The position numbers and the translations under genes were made by a program. Of a stretch of DNA of 64,000 nucleotides, positions 42,687-51,835 are shown in pieces. This stretch comes from a virus: IMG/VR virus record IMGVR_UViG_3300032325_000464, positions 1 to 64,000 of that record. One strand, 5' to 3'. The notes under the pieces are model-generated. The model did no database searches and was not told where the DNA came from. It saw only the letters and a program-made list of their open reading frames with translations. Within the stretch, counting starts at the first letter, position 1. Each line of letters opens with the position of its first letter.

Positions 42687-42721
42687 TTTATAATTATATC
42701 ACGATTAAGCTAAGATAAAGG

Positions 42722-43285
42722 CTAAACAATAAAGTTGGATAATTCTTTAGTTTTATCAAACGTTAGAAAAGAAGTTAAGGTATACCTGACCGCATTTTCT
42801 ATTTTTGTAACCCCATGCATATGATCTGCACTTGCTGGGTGTACGGCCATCTTTCCAGGCTCTGGGGTAATTTCAAAACTATGTTGTGGATAAAATGTTT
42901 TTCCTCCAGAAAAATCATCATTTAGATATATAACAATCCCATACTCCCTATGCTTATGTATTTCATGATCGTTAGTGTTTTCCATGTTGTCTGAATGAGG
43001 TGACTGTGCCATGCCAGGAAACCATCTGGTTATGCTTAACAAGTCTGCATATAGCTTTTGGTCTAGCCCATAAGTATCTTGCACTGCATCAACAATTCTA
43101 TGTTTTATAATATCTAGCGTCTTTCCTAGCTCATGATTTTCTAAATAGATTGAGTGTGCACCCAGAACACGATTATCCCAAAATGATTCTGGAATGCGAG
43201 ACCAAAGATCTGTATTTTTTGCAAAAGTTAAAATATCTTCAATTTCTTTTTTAGTTAAGAAATTAGAAAATTCTTTGGCTATCAT
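42722..43285 (-). CDS. Prolyl 4-hydroxylase-like 2OG-Fe(II) oxygenase
   Basis: PHSD, IYLNDDFSGG, HGV, RYT. Confidence 0.85.
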   Translation of the reverse strand: MIAKEFSNFLTKKEIEDILTFAKNTDLWSRIPESFWDNRVLGAHSIYLENHELGKTLDIIKHRIVDAVQDTYGLDQKLYADLLSITRWFPGMAQSPHSDNMENTNDHEIHKHREYGIVIYLNDDFSGGKTFYPQHSFEITPEPGKMAVHPASADHMHGVTKIENAVRYTLTSFLTFDKTKELSNFIV

Positions 43286-43304
43286 TTTTATGACTATATC
43301 GCTA

Positions 43305-43808
43305 TTAGCTTAGTCCAGCTTTTAGTGCACCCCAAGTACCATTTCCCTTTGAGTCAACTGAGATTATTCCATTTTCTGAAGCATAGACAACTACTGCTAC
43401 TGCTCCACCAATATCCTGAGTAGTAGTCAGTCCTCCAGATGTACCAGCATATAAAATATTACCAGCAGAAAATCCAGACGTATTAATGTTTTCTAAAACT
43501 CCAGAAACAACAATAATGCCATTTGCCCCATTAGGAATTGAGGTTTTTGCTAAACCAAGAATTGGCTGAGTAGTTGAAGAGGTTGCTTTGCTTACTGTAG
43601 TTGCAGTAGTATATCCAGTTACAAATACTGGGTCGCCTGCAGAAATTAATACACCGCTATTATTTAACACTCTAATTTGAGAATATGATGACAGCGGAAG
43701 AACAGCTTCTAGCTTTTCAACTAGTTGCTTAATATCTCCATGAACATTAACACTATCTTCTGCTAATGGGTATGGTAAGTCGTAAGAGTTTGATTGTCCT
43801 GTAGCCAT
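43305..43808 (-). CDS. Virion structural/decoration protein
   Basis: LPYP..VHGDI; GDPV..G....NTSGF.AG.ILY. Confidence 0.6.
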   Translation of the reverse strand: MATGQSNSYDLPYPLAEDSVNVHGDIKQLVEKLEAVLPLSSYSQIRVLNNSGVLISAGDPVFVTGYTTATTVSKATSSTTQPILGLAKTSIPNGANGIIVVSGVLENINTSGFSAGNILYAGTSGGLTTTQDIGGAVAVVVYASENGIISVDSKGNGTWGALKAGLS

Positions 43809-43908
43809 TCAATAATTATACCACGCAAAAAGTTTGAATACAGGGTAAAAAACTGGTATAATTGTAGTTAACTTCTTGAAAAAGAAGTTTTTGTTCTAAG
43901 GAGGACAA

Positions 43909-43986
43909 ATGATTAAACAGAGTAATAACAAAGTGAAAATCAGCATTAACTCTAAAAGACAGACAATTTTATTGCTATCGCACTAA
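43909..43986 (+). CDS. Leader uORF (MIKQSNNKVKISINSKRQTILLLSH)
   Basis: AAGGAGG RBS; lies between the TGGTATAAT promoter and the NlpC/P60 gene. Confidence 0.5.
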   Translation: MIKQSNNKVKISINSKRQTILLLSH

Positions 43987-44056
43987 TAAAAATATTGTCG
44001 CCAAGGTATTGAAACTGGTACCGTAACAACGAAAAGAATAAAAAGGAGGTAGCAAA

Positions 44057-44806
44057 ATGAATAAAAAATTTGCTGCAATTAGTACTATCGCACTATTAAC
44101 TACTGGATCTGGGGCTGCATTTGCTCAGATGTCAGATTTGTCCAGTTCAAAAACTGAACAGATAATAACAGAAGTAACAAAACCAGCCCCAATAATTAAC
44201 TCCCCAATAATAAAAGAAGTTCTTTTTTCTGGGCCAGTCAGGTATATAAGCCTAGAGGATGGACCAGTACTTACTTCAGATGCCCCACTTATTGGCTCTG
44301 TTGACTGGATGGCTCAGGAAAAAGCTGCCAAGGATAGACTTAAGCTTGAGGCTCAGAAAAAACAAGACGAGCTAGAAGCAGAGATTTCGAAACTAGAAAA
44401 AATTGCTAGTGATACTAAGACGCTAAATGAAACTTTGATCTTGGTAAAAAAGCAAATTGGCAAAACCCCCTGGGTGTTTTCTGGATCTACTCCAGCAGCC
44501 TGGGATTGTTCAGGCCTAGTTATGTGGACATATGCTCACTTAGGTGTTGACCTAGAGCACAGCGCAACAAAGCAAAGAGTGTCGGGTAAGTTCGTCACTG
44601 AACCCAAAATTGGAGACCTGGTGTCTTTTAATCATCGAAGCTATGGAAGTGCATATCACATTGGAATCTATATAGGTCCTGATGAAATGATACACGCAGG
44701 GGGCAAGCCAGGGGATAGGACCGAAGTACGTTCAATCAAGGGCTGGGCCAAGGGCAATGGTGGTAGCGAGATTACATATACTAGAATTATTGAAACTAAT
44801 AACTAA
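44057..44806 (+). CDS. Secreted NlpC/P60 peptidoglycan endopeptidase
   Basis: Signal peptide, coiled coil, WDCSGLV, HIGIY, MIHA. Confidence 0.92.
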   Translation: MNKKFAAISTIALLTTGSGAAFAQMSDLSSSKTEQIITEVTKPAPIINSPIIKEVLFSGPVRYISLEDGPVLTSDAPLIGSVDWMAQEKAAKDRLKLEAQKKQDELEAEISKLEKIASDTKTLNETLILVKKQIGKTPWVFSGSTPAAWDCSGLVMWTYAHLGVDLEHSATKQRVSGKFVTEPKIGDLVSFNHRSYGSAYHIGIYIGPDEMIHAGGKPGDRTEVRSIKGWAKGNGGSEITYTRIIETNN

Positions 44807-44879
44807 AAATACGCTTTATTTTATTGACTTTAACCATACAACACTATATAATATTAAATAATAATAACAAAAGGAAAAA

Positions 44880-45122
44880 ATGAAAAACATATATAAAAGC
44901 ATAGTTGTTTCTGTTGTATTTGGAAATATAATTTCGTTTTCGGCAGTGGCCTGGACTTTCCCATGGGATACCTATCTTATTGATCCAACACCATATTACA
45001 TTGTTGAGTCTGGAGCACTTGGATTGCTTATTGCCAGCTGTATATTTATTTATGAATGGGTAAGATATGGCGAGAAGAAATGGCTTACCAAGATCACTGC
45101 TAGCGCAAAAATAAAGAAATAG
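44880..45122 (+). CDS. Small two-TM membrane protein
   Basis: Hydrophobic segments; TTGACT..TATAAT promoter and AAGGA RBS. Confidence 0.6.
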   Translation: MKNIYKSIVVSVVFGNIISFSAVAWTFPWDTYLIDPTPYYIVESGALGLLIASCIFIYEWVRYGEKKWLTKITASAKIKK

Positions 45123-45130
45123 CATTAAAA

Positions 45131-45170
45131 CAAAAAGATACCCTCGGTTAATTCTGAGGGTATTTTTTTA
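45131..45170. terminator. Bidirectional terminator
   Basis: AAAAAG-ATACCCTCGG..CTGAGGGTAT-TTTTTT between convergent genes. Confidence 0.75.
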
Positions 45171-45197
45171 ATATTTGTAAAGATATACAAATATTAT

Positions 45198-45488
45198 TTA
45201 CCATTTCCCTAAAGGGCATGTAGCTTTCTCTAGTTTTGTTTTTAGATTCATAAAGCAGCCGCACTTCTTACACTGATTTGTCAAAGATATAAGTTCTGGA
45301 CATAGTTTACAAATTTCTAACCTATACAAAGCCTTTTCGTCAGTAGACTTTTCGGATTTTGGATTTATAAGATCTAGAGGTGTGACTCTTGAAGCCCTAT
45401 TATCTTTAGATGCACTAACTGCATCCAAGAAACTAGAAGACTTTTTAAGATCCTTGTATTTTTTCCAAGGACTTTTACTTTCTTCCAT
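45198..45488 (-). CDS. Cys-rich metal-binding protein (DUF6171-like)
   Basis: RLEICKLC..CKKCGCFM..KT.L..ATCPLGKW; paralog at 52525. Confidence 0.75.
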   Translation of the reverse strand: MEESKSPWKKYKDLKKSSSFLDAVSASKDNRASRVTPLDLINPKSEKSTDEKALYRLEICKLCPELISLTNQCKKCGCFMNLKTKLEKATCPLGKW

Positions 45489-45493
45489 TTTAC

Positions 45494-45886
45494 CTACTCT
45501 GTTCCGCTAAGCCTAATTGTTGGATTGCTCTGTAGTGCCGCAATTAATGCACTCATTGGGCCGCCGTCGTCTTGCCTAAGAATTAAATTTCCATAAACAG
45601 TTTCTCCAACCAAGTATACAAATCTAAATGTTCCATCTAGAGAGTCTGGAATTGTGATATTTTCTGAATTATCCAGATTAGTAAAAGTATTGGACTCTTC
45701 GCTATACACACTCATTTTTTGAGGCACGTAGTTTAAATCAGTAACTTCTACTACCCTGGCATTATTCTCAAATGCGTATATTTTATCTTCCATGTATGGA
45801 TTTACTGCAGTACCATCTTGATTACAGTCATAGGCAAAAAATGGAAGAACGTCTTCTCCAACCACTAATTCAAATATTTTTTTCAT
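45494..45886 (-). CDS. Hypothetical protein (possible fibre chaperone)
   Basis: Follows the PASTA protein; IAALQSNPTI. Confidence 0.6.
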   Translation of the reverse strand: MKKIFELVVGEDVLPFFAYDCNQDGTAVNPYMEDKIYAFENNARVVEVTDLNYVPQKMSVYSEESNTFTNLDNSENITIPDSLDGTFRFVYLVGETVYGNLILRQDDGGPMSALIAALQSNPTIRLSGTE

Positions 45887-45914
45887 AGTATATTATCTCA
45901 TACTTTCTCTATTT

Positions 45915-46547
45915 TTAACATGGGCAACAGTATCCGCTGCCAGTTACAATACTTCTATTTTGGTATCCACAGTTAGTGCTTATTTCATAGTATCCAACTT
46001 CATAGTAAAGCGATCCGTTAATACATGTTTCACTGTCATAGTAGTTTCCAAAGCTCCACGTTGGCTCACATGCTGGCGGTGGCGGTGGTGGTGGCGTACA
46101 AGAGCAACAATACTGATATGGATAGGTTACTATATCTCTAGTTTCGTAGCCAGTTATGCTACAGTTTCTGAATTCATAGTATCCAGCCTCTGAGTAAAGA
46201 CTTCCATTAATACATTCTTCACGATCCCAATAGTTTCCAAATGTCCAATCTGAACATTCATTTGTTGGAGGTGGTGGTGGAGGTGGTGGAGGTGGTGGTG
46301 CTGAATAAGAGTATAACACAATAGAAATTGATGTTTCATAATCGACTAGTGTCCCACTGGCTATTGAGCTACTTGAAACTGTTCCATTATTACCAGAGCT
46401 TGCTCCGCTAGATGTAGTGGTAGCTTGATCAAAAGTAAGACCAGCAGAAATAATGGCTGATTGTGCTGCTGATGAGCTTAGCCCAGAAAGATTTGGCACA
46501 GTAGTCATGCCCTTAGATGAAAAAAGTCCAGATGATAGCCCAAGCAT
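45915..46547 (-). CDS. PASTA-domain protein with poly-Pro linkers and duplicated Cys-rich modules
   Basis: VPNLSGLSSSAAQSAIISAGL..GTLVD; two poly-Pro runs; two WxFGNY.D.E.CINGSLY.E.GYYE repeats. Confidence 0.75.
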   Translation of the reverse strand: MLGLSSGLFSSKGMTTVPNLSGLSSSAAQSAIISAGLTFDQATTTSSGASSGNNGTVSSSSIASGTLVDYETSISIVLYSYSAPPPPPPPPPPPTNECSDWTFGNYWDREECINGSLYSEAGYYEFRNCSITGYETRDIVTYPYQYCCSCTPPPPPPPACEPTWSFGNYYDSETCINGSLYYEVGYYEISTNCGYQNRSIVTGSGYCCPC

Positions 46548-46550
46548 TTA

Positions 46551-47183
46551 TTAGGCCTTAAGGTCACCTATGATTAGCCACTCATTCGTGCCAATTTTAG
46601 TTAGGGTTGCGCCAGTATATTGTGAAGAAAGCTTTTTATTTGAGTTCTTGCTTCTAATTGTAACTCCCACGCCTTCTCTAAAGGCTACTTCCCCAGTGCC
46701 TAGCCTCATGACTTCTAGTCTTGTGCCTACTGACAGTGGAACAGATGAATTAGGTGGTATGTCCAAGAAAGTGTCTGAAGAAGAGCTAATATTTATAGTT
46801 TTACCAAAGTCTGAAGCAACTAGTACGTATGTGCCTGTTTTTGTTGCTATCTGAACGTCATTAGCCGAAACCCATGTAGATAGAGTAAGGGAATAGTAAA
46901 ATATTTGATTAATTACGTTTCCAGAAGAGTCTTCTCTTATAAAACAAACTGCACCATTTTGTGGCGTTGGTATTGCCGCATCTCTAGCAGCTGGATTTTG
47001 AAAATTGTTAACTCCAGCTTTTGAATTTACGACATCTCTAAAAGATACTGAGGCAGAAAATGAATGATCTCCAGTCCAGTCGTAATCAGCTGATGTGCTG
47101 GCACTTCCTGATACTGGATACCAGGTATCTGTTGGTTCATCGTAAATATAAGCTAATTTACCGCTAGTGCTAACCGTTGCCAT
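46551..47183 (-). CDS. Fibre adaptor protein (GDL-ending module)
   Basis: AARDAAI; C-terminal module homologous to end of 37186 ORF. Confidence 0.65.
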   Translation of the reverse strand: MATVSTSGKLAYIYDEPTDTWYPVSGSASTSADYDWTGDHSFSASVSFRDVVNSKAGVNNFQNPAARDAAIPTPQNGAVCFIREDSSGNVINQIFYYSLTLSTWVSANDVQIATKTGTYVLVASDFGKTINISSSSDTFLDIPPNSSVPLSVGTRLEVMRLGTGEVAFREGVGVTIRSKNSNKKLSSQYTGATLTKIGTNEWLIIGDLKA

Positions 47184-47908
47184 TATCTATAGCTCCAAAC
47201 TTCATATGTTCCACCGTCAAAACTAGCTGTTGGGGTCAGCGATAGCTGTACTGAGGATATTTCATTAGTATTTTTGTAATAACCAAAATATTGACCAGCT
47301 TCAGTGCTAGCACTAGTAGATACTGGCTTTAGGGATGCAGCGGTATTTGCCAAATCAACTGATATAGTTATGTCTTGAGTGTCAGTATTTGAAAAAAGCG
47401 GAGAGTATAATGCTCCAGCAGATAGCAATCCACCAGTATTTACATAGTTTGGCCCTGCATCATTATTAAACTTAATTACTAGCCCAGATGTTGCTGAAGA
47501 GTTATTGTGACTCCAGTCTTTTAATACTATAAAAAATTTATCGGCATCTAGCCCTGTAACACTTATAGACAATCCAGAAAGCGATCCACTGGCTGACAAC
47601 ACCCAAGTAGCTTTTTCAACCAAAGGGGCAATAACTGATGTTGAATCTACCCAAATAAATCCGTCTTGTGGAGAAGATGGCTTAGTAGATCCGTAATCAG
47701 ATCCAATACCTGTGGACTCTACTGCGTCAATTCTTGTATCTAATGCTTTTATGTGACCAACAACAGAGTTTGCCACAATTTGTGATTCTTGGCTAATTGG
47801 GGTGGCTGTTCCATAGTGATAAAGTTTTAGTGCAGCTTGAATATCTGCAGCATCCTCGTATCCTGGGATTTGCGTTTTATATATAGTGCCGATGTCTTCA
47901 GATGCCAT
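47183..47908 (-). CDS. Virion fibre protein
   Basis: ADIQAALKLYHYG, P.DGFIWVD. Confidence 0.6.
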   Translation of the reverse strand: MASEDIGTIYKTQIPGYEDAADIQAALKLYHYGTATPISQESQIVANSVVGHIKALDTRIDAVESTGIGSDYGSTKPSSPQDGFIWVDSTSVIAPLVEKATWVLSASGSLSGLSISVTGLDADKFFIVLKDWSHNNSSATSGLVIKFNNDAGPNYVNTGGLLSAGALYSPLFSNTDTQDITISVDLANTAASLKPVSTSASTEAGQYFGYYKNTNEISSVQLSLTPTASFDGGTYEVWSYR

Positions 47909-47927
47909 TTTTTATCACCATTTTAAA

Positions 47928-48497
47928 TTATACCACAGTAATGAATACGTGGACTATCTTTGTTCCAGATAAATTTGACCAAGAACTGCCAGAGTATTCC
48001 ACTGCCTTTATTGTAATAGGCAATACCTGACTTCCATCAACTATTTGAATTGTTCCAATAGTTAGTGATGCTGAAACTGGGTTACTGTTAATAATATTTA
48101 ACTGAATATTAAAGTTTGTTGCTGTAAGATTTTGTTTTTCTGTAATACTTGAAATTGGAATATTGATCTGTGTTTGACCACTAACAAAAGATTTGCTATA
48201 GTTCTGACTGTAAGTATTTGGTATTAGTTTAAATAGTGGAACCCAAGCATTCGCAGCACCAAGATTTTGATACTGATACATAAACAAATATTCTTCATCA
48301 GAGGTTAGTGTGTTTATGCAAAGATCAAATACTTCTGGAGTCTGCCCTAATACAGTTAACGGATCAGTTGGATCGCCAGCTGCAATAAAAATTTGACTGC
48401 CACGTTTACCAGTTGCACCAAGATCAACATTTACGTTAATAGAGGATGGTCCACCAAGAACTACCAAGTCATCGTTGGCTATTAAAACTTCTGGCAT
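47928..48497 (-). CDS. Virion structural protein
   Basis: GATGKRGS..GDP; coupled ORF. Confidence 0.6.
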   Translation of the reverse strand: MPEVLIANDDLVVLGGPSSINVNVDLGATGKRGSQIFIAAGDPTDPLTVLGQTPEVFDLCINTLTSDEEYLFMYQYQNLGAANAWVPLFKLIPNTYSQNYSKSFVSGQTQINIPISSITEKQNLTATNFNIQLNIINSNPVSASLTIGTIQIVDGSQVLPITIKAVEYSGSSWSNLSGTKIVHVFITVV

Positions 48498-48841
48498 TAA
48501 ACTGCTCCAGTGACATCTGCGGTAACAGAGATTGTCCCAGTAAGTAGTGTGTGTACGACTGAATCACTGCTTTTGGCAATTTGAACATCATAGAAATAAG
48601 TAACTCCTGGAGTTAGACTTCTACCTCTTGCTGGAAGAATAGTACAAGTTATTACTCCATTTGAAATTGAAGATGTGGCCTCATACTGAGTCGCACCAGT
48701 GCCTCTCTTAGTTGCAATAAAGAATTTGCTTGAGTATCCAGCTAGGCTGAATGCTGAGCCGTCTGATGCTTTTGGGGTAACGGTGAACTCAAAAGTATCA
48801 CCGTGATAGTATGAAATATTATAGGTTCCTGGAAATGCCAT
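48497..48841 (-). CDS. BppU-N-like protein (start MAFPG)
   Basis: HGDT..YDVQI..TLLTG..DVT; TATAAT 6 nt before ATG. Confidence 0.6.
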   Translation of the reverse strand: MAFPGTYNISYYHGDTFEFTVTPKASDGSAFSLAGYSSKFFIATKRGTGATQYEATSSISNGVITCTILPARGRSLTPGVTYFYDVQIAKSSDSVVHTLLTGTISVTADVTGAV

Positions 48842-48855
48842 AAGTTTATTATACA

Positions 48856-49569
48856 CTAATTAACTGATATATATATTGATTTTATTTTCACTTCGGAATC
48901 AAGATCTGTCCTTATTTGTGGGACAATTCCTGCATTTTTATGTGCCTCTGAAAATATTGCCATGTTATGGGTTATTGACATTTCATAAGTATGCTGATAT
49001 TTTAAATTTGCACAAAATGTTGTGACCGAATCATCTAATCCAAAAAATTGAGATCTCATCCATACTTCTGTATTTGAACTAAAAGTTGTAATCTCAATAT
49101 CATAGGTTATCTGTACTTGAGCACCTACCTTTAGTCCTCTTGTATTTATTTTTCTGGTATCTTTAATGTAAAGACTTACTGAATCTTCTGGTAGAAAATC
49201 TTCGATAGATGCTTCTGAATCTACATAAAGATCAACCCAACCATCTACCCCCCTAGAAGCGCCTGCAGCGGTGGCTTTAGGCTTTTTATTTTTATAAAGT
49301 GCCCAGCCAACATTTTGATTATATTTTGGAAAATACGATTTACCATCTTTACCATCTTTTCCAGGAATCCCGCGCTCACCCCTAGGTCCAGTAATGCTTT
49401 CTCCAGGATCTCCATTTTTTCCAGGATCTCCCTTTGGTCCTATTGGACCTGGAGGGCCTTGAGGACCAGGAACAGCAAAAAATACTCCTTCTTGTGGTGT
49501 TTCGACGGATTGTTTTACTTTTGAGGCATACCCAGATGTGGGGAAATCGATGTTAGATGAAGTTGCCAT
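48856..49569 (-). CDS. Collagen-like virion protein
   Basis: GPQGPPGPIGPKGDPGKNGDPG. Confidence 0.75.
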   Translation of the reverse strand: MATSSNIDFPTSGYASKVKQSVETPQEGVFFAVPGPQGPPGPIGPKGDPGKNGDPGESITGPRGERGIPGKDGKDGKSYFPKYNQNVGWALYKNKKPKATAAGASRGVDGWVDLYVDSEASIEDFLPEDSVSLYIKDTRKINTRGLKVGAQVQITYDIEITTFSSNTEVWMRSQFFGLDDSVTTFCANLKYQHTYEMSITHNMAIFSEAHKNAGIVPQIRTDLDSEVKIKSIYISVN

Positions 49570-49586
49570 ACATCTATTATCTCAGA

Positions 49587-50975
49587 CTATTCGGCAGCTA
49601 TGTAAGTACCGCTAACATAAAAATAATTTGCTGTTGTTAGCGTTATCGGTGTATTGTGATCAAATGCTATATCTCTAGCACTTGAGCCTGGGTGCCATAA
49701 AGTCATTTGCACAGTTCCATCTTCTGCATCTGCTGATATTGCATGGTGATTTCCAGTTGATGTATCGTGGAACCCACCGTCTCTAAATATATAGTCTGAA
49801 ATTGGAGCAAACGGCAAAGTTAGGGAGTACTGGCCAGTTCCAAAGTTTGTAACATTTGTTAAAGTAACTTTAATATTAAAGCTAACCAAGTCACCAATTC
49901 TAACATATGAGCCAACCGCTGGAGTGCCAGTATACGCTAGACCAGTTCCAGTCCAACTAGGGGTATAGGATGATGTGGTTGTTCCAATAGCATCTACGTA
50001 ACCACGAGTAGCAATTCTTGTTTCTCCACCAACAGTTGGCGTACCAAGATAGGCATATGAACTTCCTGGGTAAAGAATAATATCATTATCTGCTTCAATA
50101 GTTAAATTAGATCCATCTGATGCAATTTTTTCAGTTTCATTATCACCAAAAACAATTCCTCCTTTAGATGAATCTTGATTTCCTTGGATAGAAATATGAT
50201 TGGCCTCATTTACGTCACCAATCCAAGCATCGTCACCGATCTTAACATTTTGCCCATCGCCATTGTGAGTTACATAAAGTTTGTCATAGCTATTCCCTGC
50301 AATTGCACCAGTGTCTGTTAGATAAAGTCCGTATTCGTTTTCATCTGTAATGCCAGATGCAATAGCGTTGTAGGCAGTAGAGTTATACTCTAAGACCCAA
50401 ATTTCTTTGTTTGGAGCAGTATTCTCTACGTTTGGTACTGGGACACCTAGTGTCAGAGTAAAACTTTCATCGGATCCGAAAGACTTAAATGTCCAGGATT
50501 GAGGAACACCTTTTGAGATAGCATAATTAATGTAAGCATCTACCTGTGGAGTTCTTGCAATTGCAATTGAATTACCATATGTAGCATGGCTAAAGTATCC
50601 ATAGTCAACAGAATAGTCGCTTGCTTCTTGAAAAGCCTTTAATGGTAGATAAGCTGAAAGACCTGCAACTATAAGACCATTTGTGTATTCTGTCCAAGAA
50701 TCGGTTCCTGGCGGATACCCTGGATTGCCTGGGTTGGTGGCTCTTATAAAAAGTTGTCCTGGATTTCCATATGGACTTCCAACTGGAATACTTACGATCG
50801 CACCAATTGGATAGCTTGCTCCGTTGTTATATTCACCTAAGTAATTAGGATATTGACCATCTGCACCATCGGCACCTGGGGCACCGTCAGCGCCATCTGC
50901 TCCGTCAGCACCTGCTGGCCCCTGTGGTCCTGGAGTTCCTTCTCCACTACCACCTATAGTAGTGAAACGTGCCAT
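49587..50975 (-). CDS. Collagen-like fibre/receptor-binding protein
   Basis: GPQGPAGADGADG repeats; YVRIGDLV..Y.LTLPF C-terminal tip domain. Confidence 0.75.
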   Translation of the reverse strand: MARFTTIGGSGEGTPGPQGPAGADGADGADGAPGADGADGQYPNYLGEYNNGASYPIGAIVSIPVGSPYGNPGQLFIRATNPGNPGYPPGTDSWTEYTNGLIVAGLSAYLPLKAFQEASDYSVDYGYFSHATYGNSIAIARTPQVDAYINYAISKGVPQSWTFKSFGSDESFTLTLGVPVPNVENTAPNKEIWVLEYNSTAYNAIASGITDENEYGLYLTDTGAIAGNSYDKLYVTHNGDGQNVKIGDDAWIGDVNEANHISIQGNQDSSKGGIVFGDNETEKIASDGSNLTIEADNDIILYPGSSYAYLGTPTVGGETRIATRGYVDAIGTTTSSYTPSWTGTGLAYTGTPAVGSYVRIGDLVSFNIKVTLTNVTNFGTGQYSLTLPFAPISDYIFRDGGFHDTSTGNHHAISADAEDGTVQMTLWHPGSSARDIAFDHNTPITLTTANYFYVSGTYIAAE

Positions 50976-51259
50976 TAGCTGCCAGCCTCTAGGCTAGTCT
51001 TAAGAATAGCAACAGTCGAACCATTGGTTGCAGAAATTGCGTATAGTGGGCTTGGCCCAGAAAGCTCTACAGACCAGGCTGTCCCTGGTGCAAGGCGGAA
51101 TCCAAAGCTTGAAGATGTTACGCCTTCTCCACCAAGATATACATATGCTGATTCGTGCAGATTCTGTACTGTAATGTCAGTTCCAGTGTGCAAACCATTT
51201 GGGGTAAGTCTGGTTGCTGTTGAGTTACTCAAAGTAACTATTGCATGTGTAGTTGCCAT
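50975..51259 (-). CDS. Small virion protein
   Basis: QN...VYLGG..V...GFRL.PG...LYAI. Confidence 0.6.
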   Translation of the reverse strand: MATTHAIVTLSNSTATRLTPNGLHTGTDITVQNLHESAYVYLGGEGVTSSSFGFRLAPGTAWSVELSGPSPLYAISATNGSTVAILKTSLEAGS

Positions 51260-51345
51260 TATTTATTCACCTTATATATTTTAGACCCAATTTTAATAAC
51301 TGGGGGTAGTGCTAAATTGTTTGTAGTAACCTTAATAACTGGCAT
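51259..51345 (-). CDS. 28-aa peptide MPVIKVTTNNLALPPVIKIGSKIYKVNK
   Basis: TAATG-coupled on both sides. Confidence 0.55.
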   Translation of the reverse strand: MPVIKVTTNNLALPPVIKIGSKIYKVNK

Positions 51346-51737
51346 TATAGACTTCCTCCAGTTACATCACCAATAACAGTAATTGTTCCTAATACTGGTG
51401 TCCAGACAGTATCATCAATGATAATTTCTAGGTCAAAGGCTAGCTCTGCAACTACAGATCCAGATCCAGTACCCCAATTTGCAGTAATGTCAGAGGATGC
51501 TACAATATCTACATATCCTACGCCCTCAATAACCTCTAGTTCGTCAAGTAGGTCTCCTCTGGTATCATATGCAGAAGATGCAAATTCCCAGTCAGATGTG
51601 TCAAAAAAAGTTACCTCATCGTTATCAAGAAACTGGACACGGAGTTTGGCGGTATCGCCTCGGACTATATTCCATTTAATAACAATAGGATTTGATCCAA
51701 AATATTCATCAGGGCAGCAGGTTGCAGAAGTAGTCAT
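51345..51737 (-). CDS. BppU-N-like protein
   Basis: RGDT..FDLEI..TPVLG..DVT. Confidence 0.6.
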   Translation of the reverse strand: MTTSATCCPDEYFGSNPIVIKWNIVRGDTAKLRVQFLDNDEVTFFDTSDWEFASSAYDTRGDLLDELEVIEGVGYVDIVASSDITANWGTGSGSVVAELAFDLEIIIDDTVWTPVLGTITVIGDVTGGSL

Positions 51738-51764
51738 AGTAATATAATTATACATCAATATAAG

Positions 51765-51819
51765 AAAAAACTAGCACCCAAGGAGGTGGGTATGAGAGAC
51801 ATCCCTGGGCGCCAGTCTA
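51765..51819 (-). ncRNA. Candidate ~55-nt hairpin sRNA carrying anti-SD/anti-AUG sequence
   Basis: TGATATAAT promoter (51825-51833), 15-bp stem, loop UGUCUCUCAUACCCACC, U6 tail. Confidence 0.55.
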
Positions 51820-51835
51820 TATAGATTATATCACA

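Noticed and set aside
43860-44056. c-di-AMP (ydaO) riboswitch upstream of NlpC/P60
   Set aside because: The leader is AT-rich and I could not find the conserved ydaO elements.
45915-46300. DGR template/variable repeat pair
   Set aside because: Both copies are in-frame in one gene, differences do not look adenine-restricted, and there is no reverse transcriptase in the window.
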